64,000 nucleotides of DNA from an uncultured Acidimicrobiia bacterium (GCA_963801105.1 CAWDDH010000003.1:2992235-3056234); one strand, 5' to 3'; counted from the stretch's first letter, positions 19,026 through 28,313 are shown. Notes: generated from the letters alone by a model not told the origin. A program made the numbers and translations.

Positions 19026-20623
19026 GGATCGAACCGTCGGAGATCCACCCGCTCACCGTTGGGACCGGCGGCGGAGCGCACGTCGGCGGTCGTCGGACAC
19101 GCGGTGCCGAGCGCGTCGACGACCCTCTCGCACTTCGCGTCGAGGGTCCGGAAGCCCGGAGACCAGACCAGCCAGATCCGACCGGTACCGGCACGTCCGA
19201 GCACCCGCCGGGTGAACTCGGTCGGAGACGCCGCGGCGTTGCGATCGGCGTAGTCCCGCCAGTCGACGAACCTCGGCCCGGCGAGATCCGGGAAGACGAC
19301 CTGACGCGTCGTCGCGGGGAGCAGCCGTGCGGTGGCGGGACCGAGCTGGTCCGGGCAGTACACGACGAGGTCGCCGGCGGCGAGTTGGTCTCGCAGCGTG
19401 TCCGCGATCGCGCCGGACGCGGTCCGGGATGCGCGCACGGTCCGGATGCTGCCCGCGAGGCCGAGCACCGCGACGGCGACGAGCACACCGGCGCGGATCC
19501 GCCGGTCGGCGAACGCGAGGAGTCCGAACGCCGCGACCAGCGCCGCGAGCGGGAAGACGACGGCGGCGTAGCGGTCCTGCATCCCGGTGTCGGCGAGCTG
19601 GGAGACGCCAACGCCGACCAGAAGCACCGCCGCACCGGTCGCCGCGAGCGCGCGGACGCCGGGAACGGTCCGCAGGTCGAGCTCGATGCGCCGGCCGTCG
19701 ACCGCGCGTGCGGTCACTGCGAGCACCGCCAGTCCGAGGAGCAGCGGGGCGAGCAGCCACCCTTCGGTCTCCATCCCGCCACCGAAGGCCAGCACCGTGC
19801 GCGCGGTGCTGGGCACGAGGCTCGCCGGGGCGTCCCACGGGGTGCCGGTGTGGGCGAGCTGGTCCCGCAGCGTCGGCAACCACGGGATGAACACGAACAC
19901 CGAGCCGGCCAGCGCGACGACCAATCGGCGGGCGCGGTCGCGTGCACGGTCGTCGCCGCGGACGGCGAGACCGAGGAGCCCGAGGCCGACGATCCCGAGC
20001 AGGAAGATCGACCAGTACAGCGTGTAGAGGAGCCCGGCGCCCACGAGCGCGACGGCCACGAGCCGGAGGAACGTCGGCTCCCGCCACGCGTCGATGCCCA
20101 CGAGCACGCCGAGCGCGACGAGCAGCATCGTGAGCGTGTACATCCGGGTCTCGGTCGAGTAGTGCACGGCGTACGGGGAGGTCGCGACGATCACCGCCGC
20201 GGCCGCGGCGACGCCCCGGGATCGCGCCGGGTCCGCCGCGATCCGTCGACCGGCCTGGTACACGACGAGGATCGTCGCCACGCCGAACAGTCCCGAGAGG
20301 GCGCGGACCGCGACGTCGCCCGCGCCGAACACCTGGATCCAGCCGTGGAGCAGCACGTAGTACAGCGGCGGTGCGCCGTCCCGGACGAGCGCGCTCCGGA
20401 TCTGGTCGAGCGGGAGCCTGGCGATGTCGACGGTCAGCGCCTCGTCGAGCCAGAGGTCGGACCGGGCCGCGAACCGCAGCACGACACCCGCGGCGATCGC
20501 GACCACGACCCCCGCGAAGGCCCACCGGGCGCCGGGGGTGCGGGGCACGAGGTCCGACGCCTCGGCGGACGCGTTGGTACTCGGATGCGCCTCGCCTGCG
20601 GACGCCGCGACATCGACCTTCAT
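19022..20623 (-). CDS. GT-C-type membrane glycosyltransferase (family 39/ArnT-like)
   Basis: Track ORF 19022..20623. It has the first-loop motif LWLDEALTVDIA and PLYYVLLHGW, typical of PMT_2/ArnT-like proteins, with about 11 TM segments and a small C-terminal domain. Confidence 0.7.
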   Translation of the reverse strand: MKVDVAASAGEAHPSTNASAEASDLVPRTPGARWAFAGVVVAIAAGVVLRFAARSDLWLDEALTVDIARLPLDQIRSALVRDGAPPLYYVLLHGWIQVFGAGDVAVRALSGLFGVATILVVYQAGRRIAADPARSRGVAAAAAVIVATSPYAVHYSTETRMYTLTMLLVALGVLVGIDAWREPTFLRLVAVALVGAGLLYTLYWSIFLLGIVGLGLLGLAVRGDDRARDRARRLVVALAGSVFVFIPWLPTLRDQLAHTGTPWDAPASLVPSTARTVLAFGGGMETEGWLLAPLLLGLAVLAVTARAVDGRRIELDLRTVPGVRALAATGAAVLLVGVGVSQLADTGMQDRYAAVVFPLAALVAAFGLLAFADRRIRAGVLVAVAVLGLAGSIRTVRASRTASGAIADTLRDQLAAGDLVVYCPDQLGPATARLLPATTRQVVFPDLAGPRFVDWRDYADRNAAASPTEFTRRVLGRAGTGRIWLVWSPGFRTLDAKCERVVDALGTACPTTADVRSAAGPNGERVDLRRFDP

Positions 20624-20678
20624 GCGGGTGGTTCAGCGTACCGGCGGCACGTCGCGCCGCCGCGACACACTCCGGGGC

Positions 20679-21653
20679 TCAGCCCGAGACGTTGGGAACG
20701 ACCTCGGCCCGAAACCGCTCCAGGCTCTCGCTCTCGGGGAAGTCCCGGAACCAGAGGACGAACTCCGAGCACCCGGCGTCGACGAAGCCCTGCACCTTCT
20801 CGGTGACCTGCTCCGCCGTGCCGACGAGGTTGTCGCGCACGTAGGCATCGGGATCGCCCCGACCCCAGAGGTTGCCGCCGTCGGGCCGATCGAGCCAGGC
20901 GGCGAGGTCGGCCTCGGTGTCGAAGAGGCGGCAGTCCGGTCCGTGGGTCCGCACCACGGTGTCGAAGTCGCGGCCGATCGCCGCACAGTGCCCGGCGAGG
21001 ACCTCGGACTTGTGGACGAACGCGTCCAGCCCGACCTGCCAGTTCGTCGCATCCGCGTGCTCCGCGGCGATGCGCAGGGTGACCTTCTCGCCGCCCCCGC
21101 CGACCCAGATCGGCGGCCTCGGCGAGCGCACGGGCTTCGGGTCGCAGAACGCGCCGTCGAAGTGCAGGTACTTCCCGTCGAAGGTGACGGTCTCCTCGGA
21201 CCACAGGCGCGGGATCACCTGCAGCGTCTCCTCCAGGATGGCGAGCCGCTCGCCGGCGCGACGGAACTCGTAGTCGTACGCTTGGTACTCGCGCTCGTAC
21301 CACCCCGCCCCGATGCCGAGGATCAGGCGACCGTCCGAGAAGACGTCCACCCCGGCCGCCTCCTTCGCGAGCAGGCCGGGGTTGCGGTAGCTCGCGCACG
21401 TGACCAGCTGGCCGAGCTCGGCGCGCTCGGTGACCTGGCTCAGCGCCGCGAGCATCGTGAACGCCTCGAAGCAGTGGGTGGCCTCGCGGCGCGGGACGGT
21501 CTCGACGTGGTCGTACACCCAGAGGTGGTCGTAGCCGACGCGCTCGGCGAGTCGGGCCAGCTCGACGCTGCGGCGCCACGCGTCGGCGGCGTTCCAGCCC
21601 GTGTACTCGAGCTTCCAGCCCTGCGGGACGAACGCCCCCCACCGCAACGTCAC
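20679..21653 (-). CDS. LLM-class F420-dependent oxidoreductase (luciferase-like monooxygenase family)
   Basis: The start is GTG 21653 (VTLRWGAFVPQGW), making a GTGA overlap with the upstream stop. It contains YDHLWVYDH, ILGIGAGWYEREY and PPIWVGGGGEK, typical of the TIGR03560-type LLM family. Confidence 0.8.
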   Translation of the reverse strand: MTLRWGAFVPQGWKLEYTGWNAADAWRRSVELARLAERVGYDHLWVYDHVETVPRREATHCFEAFTMLAALSQVTERAELGQLVTCASYRNPGLLAKEAAGVDVFSDGRLILGIGAGWYEREYQAYDYEFRRAGERLAILEETLQVIPRLWSEETVTFDGKYLHFDGAFCDPKPVRSPRPPIWVGGGGEKVTLRIAAEHADATNWQVGLDAFVHKSEVLAGHCAAIGRDFDTVVRTHGPDCRLFDTEADLAAWLDRPDGGNLWGRGDPDAYVRDNLVGTAEQVTEKVQGFVDAGCSEFVLWFRDFPESESLERFRAEVVPNVSG

Positions 21654-22099
21654 GGACGCGCCTCCTTGAAGTCCCACCACTGGATCTCCACCATCATCGG
21701 CAGCAGGTAGCGGACGTAGATCGACGTGATCGCGAGCATCCCGTGGTCGTCGACCTTCTTGTCGATGATGTCGACGCGGTCGTCGCGGGCCTGCCAGGCC
21801 TTCGCCCGGGCGAGGATGTCATCGAGCTCGGCCTCGGTGCCGACGCTCAGGCCGTAGTGGTCGAGGCGGGGGCACGTCATCGGCGCACCGTCGGCGATGA
21901 GGAACACGAACTGCTCGACGGTGTGACACCCGAAGACGAGCCGACCACCGTCGATCGTCATCGTCGGCAGCTCCTTCCAACCGAACACGTCGTCGTAGAA
22001 CGCGACGAGCTCGGCCCGGCCCTCCGGCTCCAGCAGCGTCGACGGGACGCTCATCGCCACGTGGTTGAAGCGCGGGGTGCGCGCCCTGGTCTCGCTCAT
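21650..22099 (-). CDS. VOC (glyoxalase/bleomycin-resistance/dioxygenase) family protein
   Basis: The start is MSETRARTPRFNHVAMSV (ATG 22099), making an ATGA overlap with the upstream stop. It is 149 aa, with FNHVAMSV and HYGLSV strings typical of the VOC fold. Confidence 0.7.
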   Translation of the reverse strand: MSETRARTPRFNHVAMSVPSTLLEPEGRAELVAFYDDVFGWKELPTMTIDGGRLVFGCHTVEQFVFLIADGAPMTCPRLDHYGLSVGTEAELDDILARAKAWQARDDRVDIIDKKVDDHGMLAITSIYVRYLLPMMVEIQWWDFKEARP

Positions 22100-23142
22100 G
22101 CGGTCCTCCCGTGGGCCGGCGCGACCACGACCTTGGCCGGGACCTCGCCGGCGCCGAGCCGGCCGATCGCGTCGCGCAGCTCGTCGAGGCCGACGTCCTC
22201 CGGCTCGATGAGCAGGTCGGTCGGGAATCCCGGGGCGCCGAGCATCTCGAGCGCCCGCTCGAACCCGTCGGCGTCGTAGGTGAACGCGCCCGTGATCACC
22301 AGCTCGTTGAGCAGGATGCGGTTCGGGTCGAACCGGGGCGGCTTGATGCCCGCGCCGACGAGCACGAGGCGGCCCGTGCGATCGAGCTGGCCGAGGCACT
22401 GCTCCATTGCGACCGCGTGGCCCGAGCATTCGAGCGCCACGTCGAACGGCTCGTCGGTGATCAGGTTCGGCGACGGAGGGGTGTGCAAGCTGTCCGGCTC
22501 GACCACCGTCACGCCGAGCCGCTCGCACAGGTCGCGACGGACGGGCGAGGGCTCGCTCACCACGACGTCGGTGACGCCCATCTGCACGAGCGCGGCGGCG
22601 CTGAGGGCGCCGATCGGGCCACCGCCGGTGATCAGCACGCGCTCGCCCGGCTGCACGTGCGCGCGGGTGATCCCGTGCAGGGAGACCGCGAGCGGTTCGG
22701 TGAGCGCGGCCTGGCGCAGCGTGACGCCGTCGGGCAGGCGGAGCAGCTCGCGCTCGTCGACCCTCATGAAGTCGGCGAACGCACCCTGCCAGTCACCCCC
22801 CTCGCCGACCGCCGCGCGGCCGACGCAGAGATTCGGCCGCCCCGCGAGGCAGTACTCGCACTCGCCGCAGCGCACGCTCGGGCCGCCGACGACCGGGTCG
22901 CCGACGCGCCAACTCGTGACCTCCGGCCCGACCGCCACGACCGTGCCGCTGTACTCGTGACCGTGCACGCGGTTCGGCGCCGACCACCCTTCGAGCACGA
23001 AGTGGATGTCCGATCCGCAGACCCCGCAGTGGCTGACCTCGAGCAGGACGTCCCGGGGGCCCACCGGGGGCGTCGGGTAGTCCTCGACCTCGATCCGCTG
23101 GTCGCCCTTGTAGACCGCAGCCCGCATTCGCTCAGGAACCAT
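22096..23142 (-). CDS. zinc-dependent alcohol dehydrogenase family (MDR) oxidoreductase
   Basis: It has catalytic and structural Zn motifs (CGVCGSDIH, GHEYSG, CGECEYCLAGRPNLC) and the NAD motif LITGGGPIG. The start is ATG 23142 or ATG 23127 (MRAAVY). Confidence 0.85.
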   Translation of the reverse strand: MVPERMRAAVYKGDQRIEVEDYPTPPVGPRDVLLEVSHCGVCGSDIHFVLEGWSAPNRVHGHEYSGTVVAVGPEVTSWRVGDPVVGGPSVRCGECEYCLAGRPNLCVGRAAVGEGGDWQGAFADFMRVDERELLRLPDGVTLRQAALTEPLAVSLHGITRAHVQPGERVLITGGGPIGALSAAALVQMGVTDVVVSEPSPVRRDLCERLGVTVVEPDSLHTPPSPNLITDEPFDVALECSGHAVAMEQCLGQLDRTGRLVLVGAGIKPPRFDPNRILLNELVITGAFTYDADGFERALEMLGAPGFPTDLLIEPEDVGLDELRDAIGRLGAGEVPAKVVVAPAHGRTA

Positions 23143-23221
23143 GCGCCCGAGCGTGCCCCGACCTGACACACACGTCAACTCCCGCGGCGGTGTCGGCCCG
23201 GTGGCCGGGCAGGATGGGGGG

Positions 23222-24499
23222 ATGGGTGGTCGCGCGACAGCGCTCGCGGTCGTGGTGCTCCTCGGGCTCGCCGGGCTCCCCGCGTGCGGAACCTCCCGAG
23301 GAGTCCCCCGTGACCTCCCGCTCCGGATCGTGCCGACGCGCGGCACGAGGCCCAGCTACAGCGTCGTCGGCATGAACGGTCGCCTGTTCGGCGTCAACGG
23401 CGAATCGGTCAGCGGCCCGTCGAACCTCGTCTCCTCCCTCGACGGCGTCGAGTGGGAGGTGACGCACCTCCCGCATCAACCGCCGACCTACTCGCTCGGA
23501 CTCGGCATCGGGCTGCGACGGGCCGGACGGATGCTCACGCTCGTGGGGAGCGCGTCGGACCCGAGCCGCTTCGCCCACGTGACGATCTACGCGTGGACGA
23601 CCGAGGACGGACGCACGTGGCGGGGCGGGACGGTGAACGACGGTCCCGACGCGTTCACCTACCCGCTGGTCGTGGTCGCGGGCGACCGGGCGCTGATCGG
23701 GATCTCGCACCGCGACCGGACGCTCACGGTGTCGCGACAGGAATCCGACGGGACCTGGACCCCCACTCCCGTCGCGGGGCTCACCCTCCGCGAGGGTGAG
23801 ATCGCGTCGCTCGACTCGATTCGGGCCGACGGCGACGGGTGGCTGGGGACGGTCTCCTTCACCGGCCCCCAGATCCCTCAGTCCCGGGCCGGACTCGTCC
23901 ACGGGACCCACGACGCGACCCGTTGGACCTACACCGAGTGCGAGGACGTCGGCTCGTGTCCGGCGGTCACGACGGAGGCGGGCCTGCAGTTCCGATCGGG
24001 TGACACCGGCGAGGTCTCCGTCGACCACGGCACGACGTGGAACGCCCTGGACATCACCCCTCCCCCGCTCGCCGAGGCAGAGACGGTCTCCCTGCGCGAT
24101 GCCGTCCGCGTGGGCGACGGCTGGCTGGGTGTGGCGTGGGCGGCACCGCCCAGCGACCGCTCGTACGGATTCCTCCTGCACTCCACCGACGGCGTGCACT
24201 GGCAGGCGGTGCACCACGATCCGTGCCCCGCGCGCGGCGACGGCCGACCGAACTCCGACTACTCGAAGCCGTTCCCGCTCGCCGGCCACTGGTGGTCGCT
24301 CTACACGTGCCGTCAGCTCATCGACGCCGACCTGGCCCTGCTCCTGGTGGGCGGTGCGGACGGCAAACCGTGGACGACCGCGGCGGACCTGGGGTCGCGC
24401 GAGCCGAGTGGGCTCGTCGCCGTCGGGGACAATCTCGTCGTCCCTCTCATCCAGCGCACCGCCGGCACCATCGACCGCATCGCGATCATCGAGCCCTGA
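23222..24499 (+). CDS. secreted lipoprotein with about six BNR/Asp-box-like repeats (beta-propeller)
   Basis: The start is MGGRATALAVVVLLGLAGLPAC, a signal peptide plus lipobox. It has repeated S/T-x-D-G-x-x-W strings: SLDGVEW, TEDGRTW, ESDGTW, VDHGTTW, STDGVHW, GADGKPW. Confidence 0.7.
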   Translation: MGGRATALAVVVLLGLAGLPACGTSRGVPRDLPLRIVPTRGTRPSYSVVGMNGRLFGVNGESVSGPSNLVSSLDGVEWEVTHLPHQPPTYSLGLGIGLRRAGRMLTLVGSASDPSRFAHVTIYAWTTEDGRTWRGGTVNDGPDAFTYPLVVVAGDRALIGISHRDRTLTVSRQESDGTWTPTPVAGLTLREGEIASLDSIRADGDGWLGTVSFTGPQIPQSRAGLVHGTHDATRWTYTECEDVGSCPAVTTEAGLQFRSGDTGEVSVDHGTTWNALDITPPPLAEAETVSLRDAVRVGDGWLGVAWAAPPSDRSYGFLLHSTDGVHWQAVHHDPCPARGDGRPNSDYSKPFPLAGHWWSLYTCRQLIDADLALLLVGGADGKPWTTAADLGSREPSGLVAVGDNLVVPLIQRTAGTIDRIAIIEP

Positions 24500-24559
24500 G
24501 CACCGCTGCACCTCGGAAATCCCCGTACCGGCGCCCGTCACCTGCTTAGTGTCCACGCC

Positions 24560-25299
24560 GTGGCGCAGAACGTCTTCGTCGGACGGGTCGCGAAGTCAGT
24601 ACGACGCGACCTCGCTGGCGATGAACGACCCCGCGGTGCTCGCACCGACGGTCTCGTTCCTCGCGGAGCTCGCCGGGGACGGCGCGGCGCTCGAGCTCGC
24701 GATCGGCACCGGGCGGGTCGCCCTCCCGCTGCACGAGCGTGGTGTCGAGGTCCACGGCATCGAGATCTCGCAGGACATGGTCGACGAGCTGCGGGCCAAG
24801 CCCGGCGGCGCTGCGATCCCGGTGACGATCGGCGACATGGCGACCACCCGCGTCGACGGCACCTTCGGTCTCGTGTACCTCGTGTTCAACACGATCGGGA
24901 ACCTGCTCATCGCAGTCCGCGCAGGTCGCGTGCTTCCGGAACGCCGCCGCCCACCTCGAACCCGGCGGGCTGCTTCGTCGTCGAGGTCGGCGTCCCGTCA
25001 GTTGCGCCGCCTGCCGCCGGGCCAGCACGCGCATCCGTTCGACGTGTCGGAGCACCACCTTGGATGTCGACACCTACGACTTCGTCGACCAGCAGCTCAC
25101 CTCGCATCACTCCTGGACGGGGCCCGACGGCCGCGTCGAGCGGTTCGACTCGCACCACCGCTACGTCTGGCCCTCCGAGTTGGACCTCATGGCGGAGCTC
25201 GCGGGCCTGTCCCGGCGCGAGCGCTGGGCCGACTGGACCCGCGCGCCGTTCACCGGCGACAGCCCGAGCCACGTGTCCGTCTGGGAGCGGCGCGCCTGA
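24560..25299 (+). pseudogene. class I SAM-dependent methyltransferase, interrupted by at least four +1 frameshifts
   Basis: The protein is collinear with the intact paralog at 25685..26416 but is spread over all three frames. The pieces are ...LELAIGTGRVALPL..IGDMATTRVDGTFGLVYLVFNTIGNLL / SQSAQVACFRNAAAHLEPGG / CFVVEVGVP / QLRRLPPGQHAHPFDVSEHH / LDVDTYDFVDQQLTSHHSW...VWERRA. The switches are near 24909, 24967, 24998 and 25059, with a possible further one near 24596. Confidence 0.75.
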
Positions 25300-25324
25300 C
25301 GGACGACCGTGGGAGACTCGCCGG

Positions 25325-25680
25325 GTGGTGGGCGACGATCGTCGTGGGCTCGGCCGTGTCTTCGACGAGGTGCCCGAGCTGTACGACCGGGTCCGACCCA
25401 CCTACCCGGATGTGCTGTTCGCGGATCTCGCGGCGATCACCGGTCTGACCGGTGGGACGACCGGCGCCGTCGCTTCGACCTGCTCGTCGCGGCGTCGTCC
25501 TGGCACTGGGTCGATCCCGCGGTCGGGTGGCGCCGTGCGCAGGAGGTGCTGCGCGCCGGTGGATGGATGGCGCTGCTCGGCCAGCTGGTGGTGCGGCGGC
25601 CCGGCGAGCCGGAGGTGTACGCCGAGACCGCGGATCTCCACGAACGGTTCGTGCTACGAGTCGGCCGGCGCCTGGGGTGA
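25325..25680 (+). pseudogene. remnant of a class I SAM-dependent methyltransferase (SAM-binding core deleted, 3' truncated)
   Basis: The N-terminal piece is VVGDDRRGLGRVFDEVPELYDRVRPTYPDVLFADLAAITGL. It then jumps frame at about 25450 straight into RFDLLVAASSWHWVDPAVGWRRAQEVLRAGGWMALLG. The usual E/D-x-G-x-G-x-G SAM motif region between these pieces is absent. Confidence 0.55.
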
Positions 25681-25684
25681 GCGG

Positions 25685-26416
25685 TCACGGGCTGCTTCGC
25701 CACACGGAGACGTGCTCCGCGCTGTCGGCGGTGAAGGCACCGCGCCTCCAGTCGCTCCAACGCTCCGACCGGTCCAGGCCCGCGAGACGGGCCATGAGGT
25801 CGAGCTCGGACGGGAAGACGTAGCGAAAGGGCGCCGAGAACCGACGCGTCGTCCCGTCGATCCTCCAGACGTGATGGGAGGAGGACTGCTGGGTCGCGGT
25901 GTCGATCTCGTCGATGCCCACGTGGGTGTCCGAGTGGTCGAAGCAGATCGTGGTCTCGCCGGGCGGCAGGCGCCGCCACGGGGGCACGACGACTTCGACG
26001 ACGAAGCGGCCGCCGGGCATCAGATGGTGCGCCGCGTTGCGGAAGCACGCGACCTGCGCGTCCTGGGTGGTGAGGTTCATGATCGTGTTGCGCGCCAGGT
26101 ACACGAGCGAGAAGGTGCGTCCGAGGTCCGTGGTGCTCATGTCGCCGATGGCCACGTCGATGGCCGCGCTCTCGGGGTCTCGTCGGAGCGCGCGGACCAT
26201 CGCCGGTGCCAGCTCGATGCCGGAGACGTCGATGCCGCGACGGCGGAGCGGGATCGCGAGCCGGCCGGTGCCGATCCCCAGCTCGAGGGCCGGTCCCCCG
26301 TCCGCACACTCCGCCAGGAAGTCGACCGCGGGGTCCAGCACCGCGGGGGCGAAGAGGTGGGGCCAGAGCCTCGCGAACTCGTCGGCCACCCAGGTGTCGA
26401 AGGGATCCTCTGCCAT
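25685..26416 (-). CDS. class I SAM-dependent methyltransferase (intact paralog)
   Basis: Track ORF 25685..26416. It has LELGIGTGRLAIPL (motif I), IGDMSTTDLGRTFSLVYL, and the C-terminal FPSELDLMARLAGL. Confidence 0.8.
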   Translation of the reverse strand: MAEDPFDTWVADEFARLWPHLFAPAVLDPAVDFLAECADGGPALELGIGTGRLAIPLRRRGIDVSGIELAPAMVRALRRDPESAAIDVAIGDMSTTDLGRTFSLVYLARNTIMNLTTQDAQVACFRNAAHHLMPGGRFVVEVVVPPWRRLPPGETTICFDHSDTHVGIDEIDTATQQSSSHHVWRIDGTTRRFSAPFRYVFPSELDLMARLAGLDRSERWSDWRRGAFTADSAEHVSVWRSSP

Positions 26417-26482
26417 GGCGCGAGTCTGACGCGTCGGCGACGGCGTTGCCGAGACACGCGACCTGCGCGTCCTCGCGACGAC

Positions 26483-27061
26483 CTACTCGGAGAAGGGGTT
26501 GCGTCCCGTCCACGCGAGGAAGCGATCCGATTCCGTCGCGTCGCCAGGCGCAGTCACGGCACTTCCGAACACACGGGCACTCCGCAGCTGTTCGGTCGGC
26601 ACCGGGTCCAGCACACCATGTGCGAACTCGATCGCGGTGTCCGGAATCTCGATCGCGATCCCCAGCGGAGCCGCGATGTCCCATGCGTGGACGAAGAGGT
26701 CGACGGCCGGGAAGCTCAGACCCTCGCCGATCGACCGTTGGCCGATCGGCGAATCGACGATCCGGGAGAGGTCCACACCCGACACGGCGGCGCGCGCCGG
26801 ATCGACGAGCGATTCCCACCAGCGTTGCGGATCCCCGTCGACGGCCGCGCCCGGCGGTTCGACGGGGTCCCAGGTCGGAGCTTCCTGTCGCAGCAGCGCG
26901 GTCCCGAACCGGGTCGCGGCTCCGACGTGGCCGAGCACATCCAGCTCGCGCCAGCCGTCGCACGCCGAGGGGCGTCGCCAATCCGGCGGCTCCAACTGTC
27001 CGACGACATCGCCGAAGAACGTGAGTCCGACGAGAAACGCTTCATCCGATTGCCACGCCAT
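26483..27061 (-). CDS. DinB-superfamily / mycothiol-dependent maleylpyruvate-isomerase-like metal-binding protein (TIGR03086-like)
   Basis: The start is MAWQSDEAFL (ATG 27061). The CDGWRELDVLGHV and DLFVHAWDIA strings are as in DinB/MDMPI_N proteins, and the size is about 190 aa. Confidence 0.6.
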   Translation of the reverse strand: MAWQSDEAFLVGLTFFGDVVGQLEPPDWRRPSACDGWRELDVLGHVGAATRFGTALLRQEAPTWDPVEPPGAAVDGDPQRWWESLVDPARAAVSGVDLSRIVDSPIGQRSIGEGLSFPAVDLFVHAWDIAAPLGIAIEIPDTAIEFAHGVLDPVPTEQLRSARVFGSAVTAPGDATESDRFLAWTGRNPFSE

Positions 27062-27146
27062 GCGGCGGATGGTAACTGGGCCCTGAGCGCCCACGGTGCG
27101 GCCCGACCCGGCGCGCCGACGGGCCGCTCCCCGGCGCCGGAAGCGA

Positions 27147-27383
27147 TCAGTCCTCGGGAAGCTCGGCGAAGTCGCTCTTGACCTGCTTGTACCAGCCCAT
27201 GCCCTTGATCGGACGCTTCCACCGGCCCTTCATCGCCTTCAGGGCGGGTTCATGGGCGGTGTCGCCCTGCGCGACGACTTCCTCGAGATGCCGATCCTGC
27301 GCCTTGATCACGTCGTCGGCGGTTGCGGCATGGTGCGCCAGCGCGCACGGGCCCCCCAACTGCTGACACGTCATGGTCTTCAT
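27147..27383 (-). CDS. DUF1059 domain-containing small protein
   Basis: MKTMTCQQLGGPCALAHHAATADDVIKAQDRHLEEVV...MKGRWKRPIKGMGWYKQVKSDFAELPED matches my memory of DUF1059 proteins. A GGAG-type Shine-Dalgarno (SD) sequence precedes ATG 27383. Confidence 0.75.
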   Translation of the reverse strand: MKTMTCQQLGGPCALAHHAATADDVIKAQDRHLEEVVAQGDTAHEPALKAMKGRWKRPIKGMGWYKQVKSDFAELPED

Positions 27384-27450
27384 GGTCCTCACTCCCCGTT
27401 CTGCGCGCGACGTATCGGACGACGCGCCGCGGTCGACGGCTGTCCACATC

Positions 27451-28299
27451 TCACGATCGGGCCCGCGTCCGAACGACGTCCATGGTGGCGAGGACGTCGG
27501 GGGCAGCGATCAGCTCGACCTCGGCCACCAGATTCGCTTCGACGTGGAACACGAACGCGACCTTGACCTCCGCCGCGTGGATCCAGGCCGCGCCCAGCTC
27601 ACCGTCGATGGTCACCGGCACGGCCCCTCGGGCGCCGTCGAAGCGGGCTGCCACTGCGGCGGCGCCGTCGTAGACAGGATCGGTCCCCATCTGCTGCCCG
27701 GCGACGTCCGCGCGCATGACCGCGTCGGGCGCGAGGAGCGACAGCAAGGTCGTGACGTCTCCACCGCGTGCTGCCTGGAGGAACGCGTCGACGACACGAC
27801 GGTGCTCGTCACGATCGGTCTCCGCGGCGACCGGCTCCGGCGCACCCTGCACCTTGCGCCGGGCCCGACTCGCGAGCTGGCGGACGGCGGTGCCCGAGCG
27901 CCCCATGATCCTGCTGATCTCGTCGAACGGGTACCCGAAGACATCGTGCAGCACGAACGCCGCTCGCTCCGGTGGCGCAAGGGTCTCGAGGACGAGCTCC
28001 AGGGCGCTCGCCGTCGTCTCGGCGAGCAGTACGTCCTCCTCCACGTCGATCGGTGCCACCCGATCGGTCGCGTCGGCCTCGGCGAGCGGGTGCCGGCGTC
28101 GTCGGCGCAGCTGGTCGAGGCACAGCCGTGTCACCACCGTCGTGAGCCAGGCGGGAAGATCGTCGGGTTCCTCGGCACCGGAAGAGCGAAGCCACGCTTC
28201 CTGCAGCACATCGTCCGCGTCCGCGGCCGAGCCCAGGATCCGGGTCGCGATCGCGGTCAGCCGGGGGCGCTCGGCCTCGAAATCGGTCACGTTCGTCAT
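27451..28299 (-). CDS. ECF sigma factor with fused C-terminal SnoaL-like extension (ECF41 / SigJ-like)
   Basis: The start is MTNVTDFEAERPRL (ATG 28299). It has region 2 (DADDVLQEAWLR..WLTTVVTRLCLDQLRRRR), region 4 (PPERAAFVLHDVFGYPFDEISRIMGRSGTAVRQLASRARRKV), and an extension of about 110 aa. No anti-sigma gene is adjacent. Confidence 0.8.
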   Translation of the reverse strand: MTNVTDFEAERPRLTAIATRILGSAADADDVLQEAWLRSSGAEEPDDLPAWLTTVVTRLCLDQLRRRRRHPLAEADATDRVAPIDVEEDVLLAETTASALELVLETLAPPERAAFVLHDVFGYPFDEISRIMGRSGTAVRQLASRARRKVQGAPEPVAAETDRDEHRRVVDAFLQAARGGDVTTLLSLLAPDAVMRADVAGQQMGTDPVYDGAAAVAARFDGARGAVPVTIDGELGAAWIHAAEVKVAFVFHVEANLVAEVELIAAPDVLATMDVVRTRARS

Positions 28300-28313
28300 C
28301 GACACACCATCTT

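Noticed and set aside
20624-20678. Short hairpin GTCGCG-CCGC-CGCGAC between the LLM operon and the GT39-like gene, considered as a terminator or attenuator.
   Set aside because: It is only a 6-bp stem with no U-tract. Such GC hairpins are frequent by chance at this base composition, so I did not annotate it.
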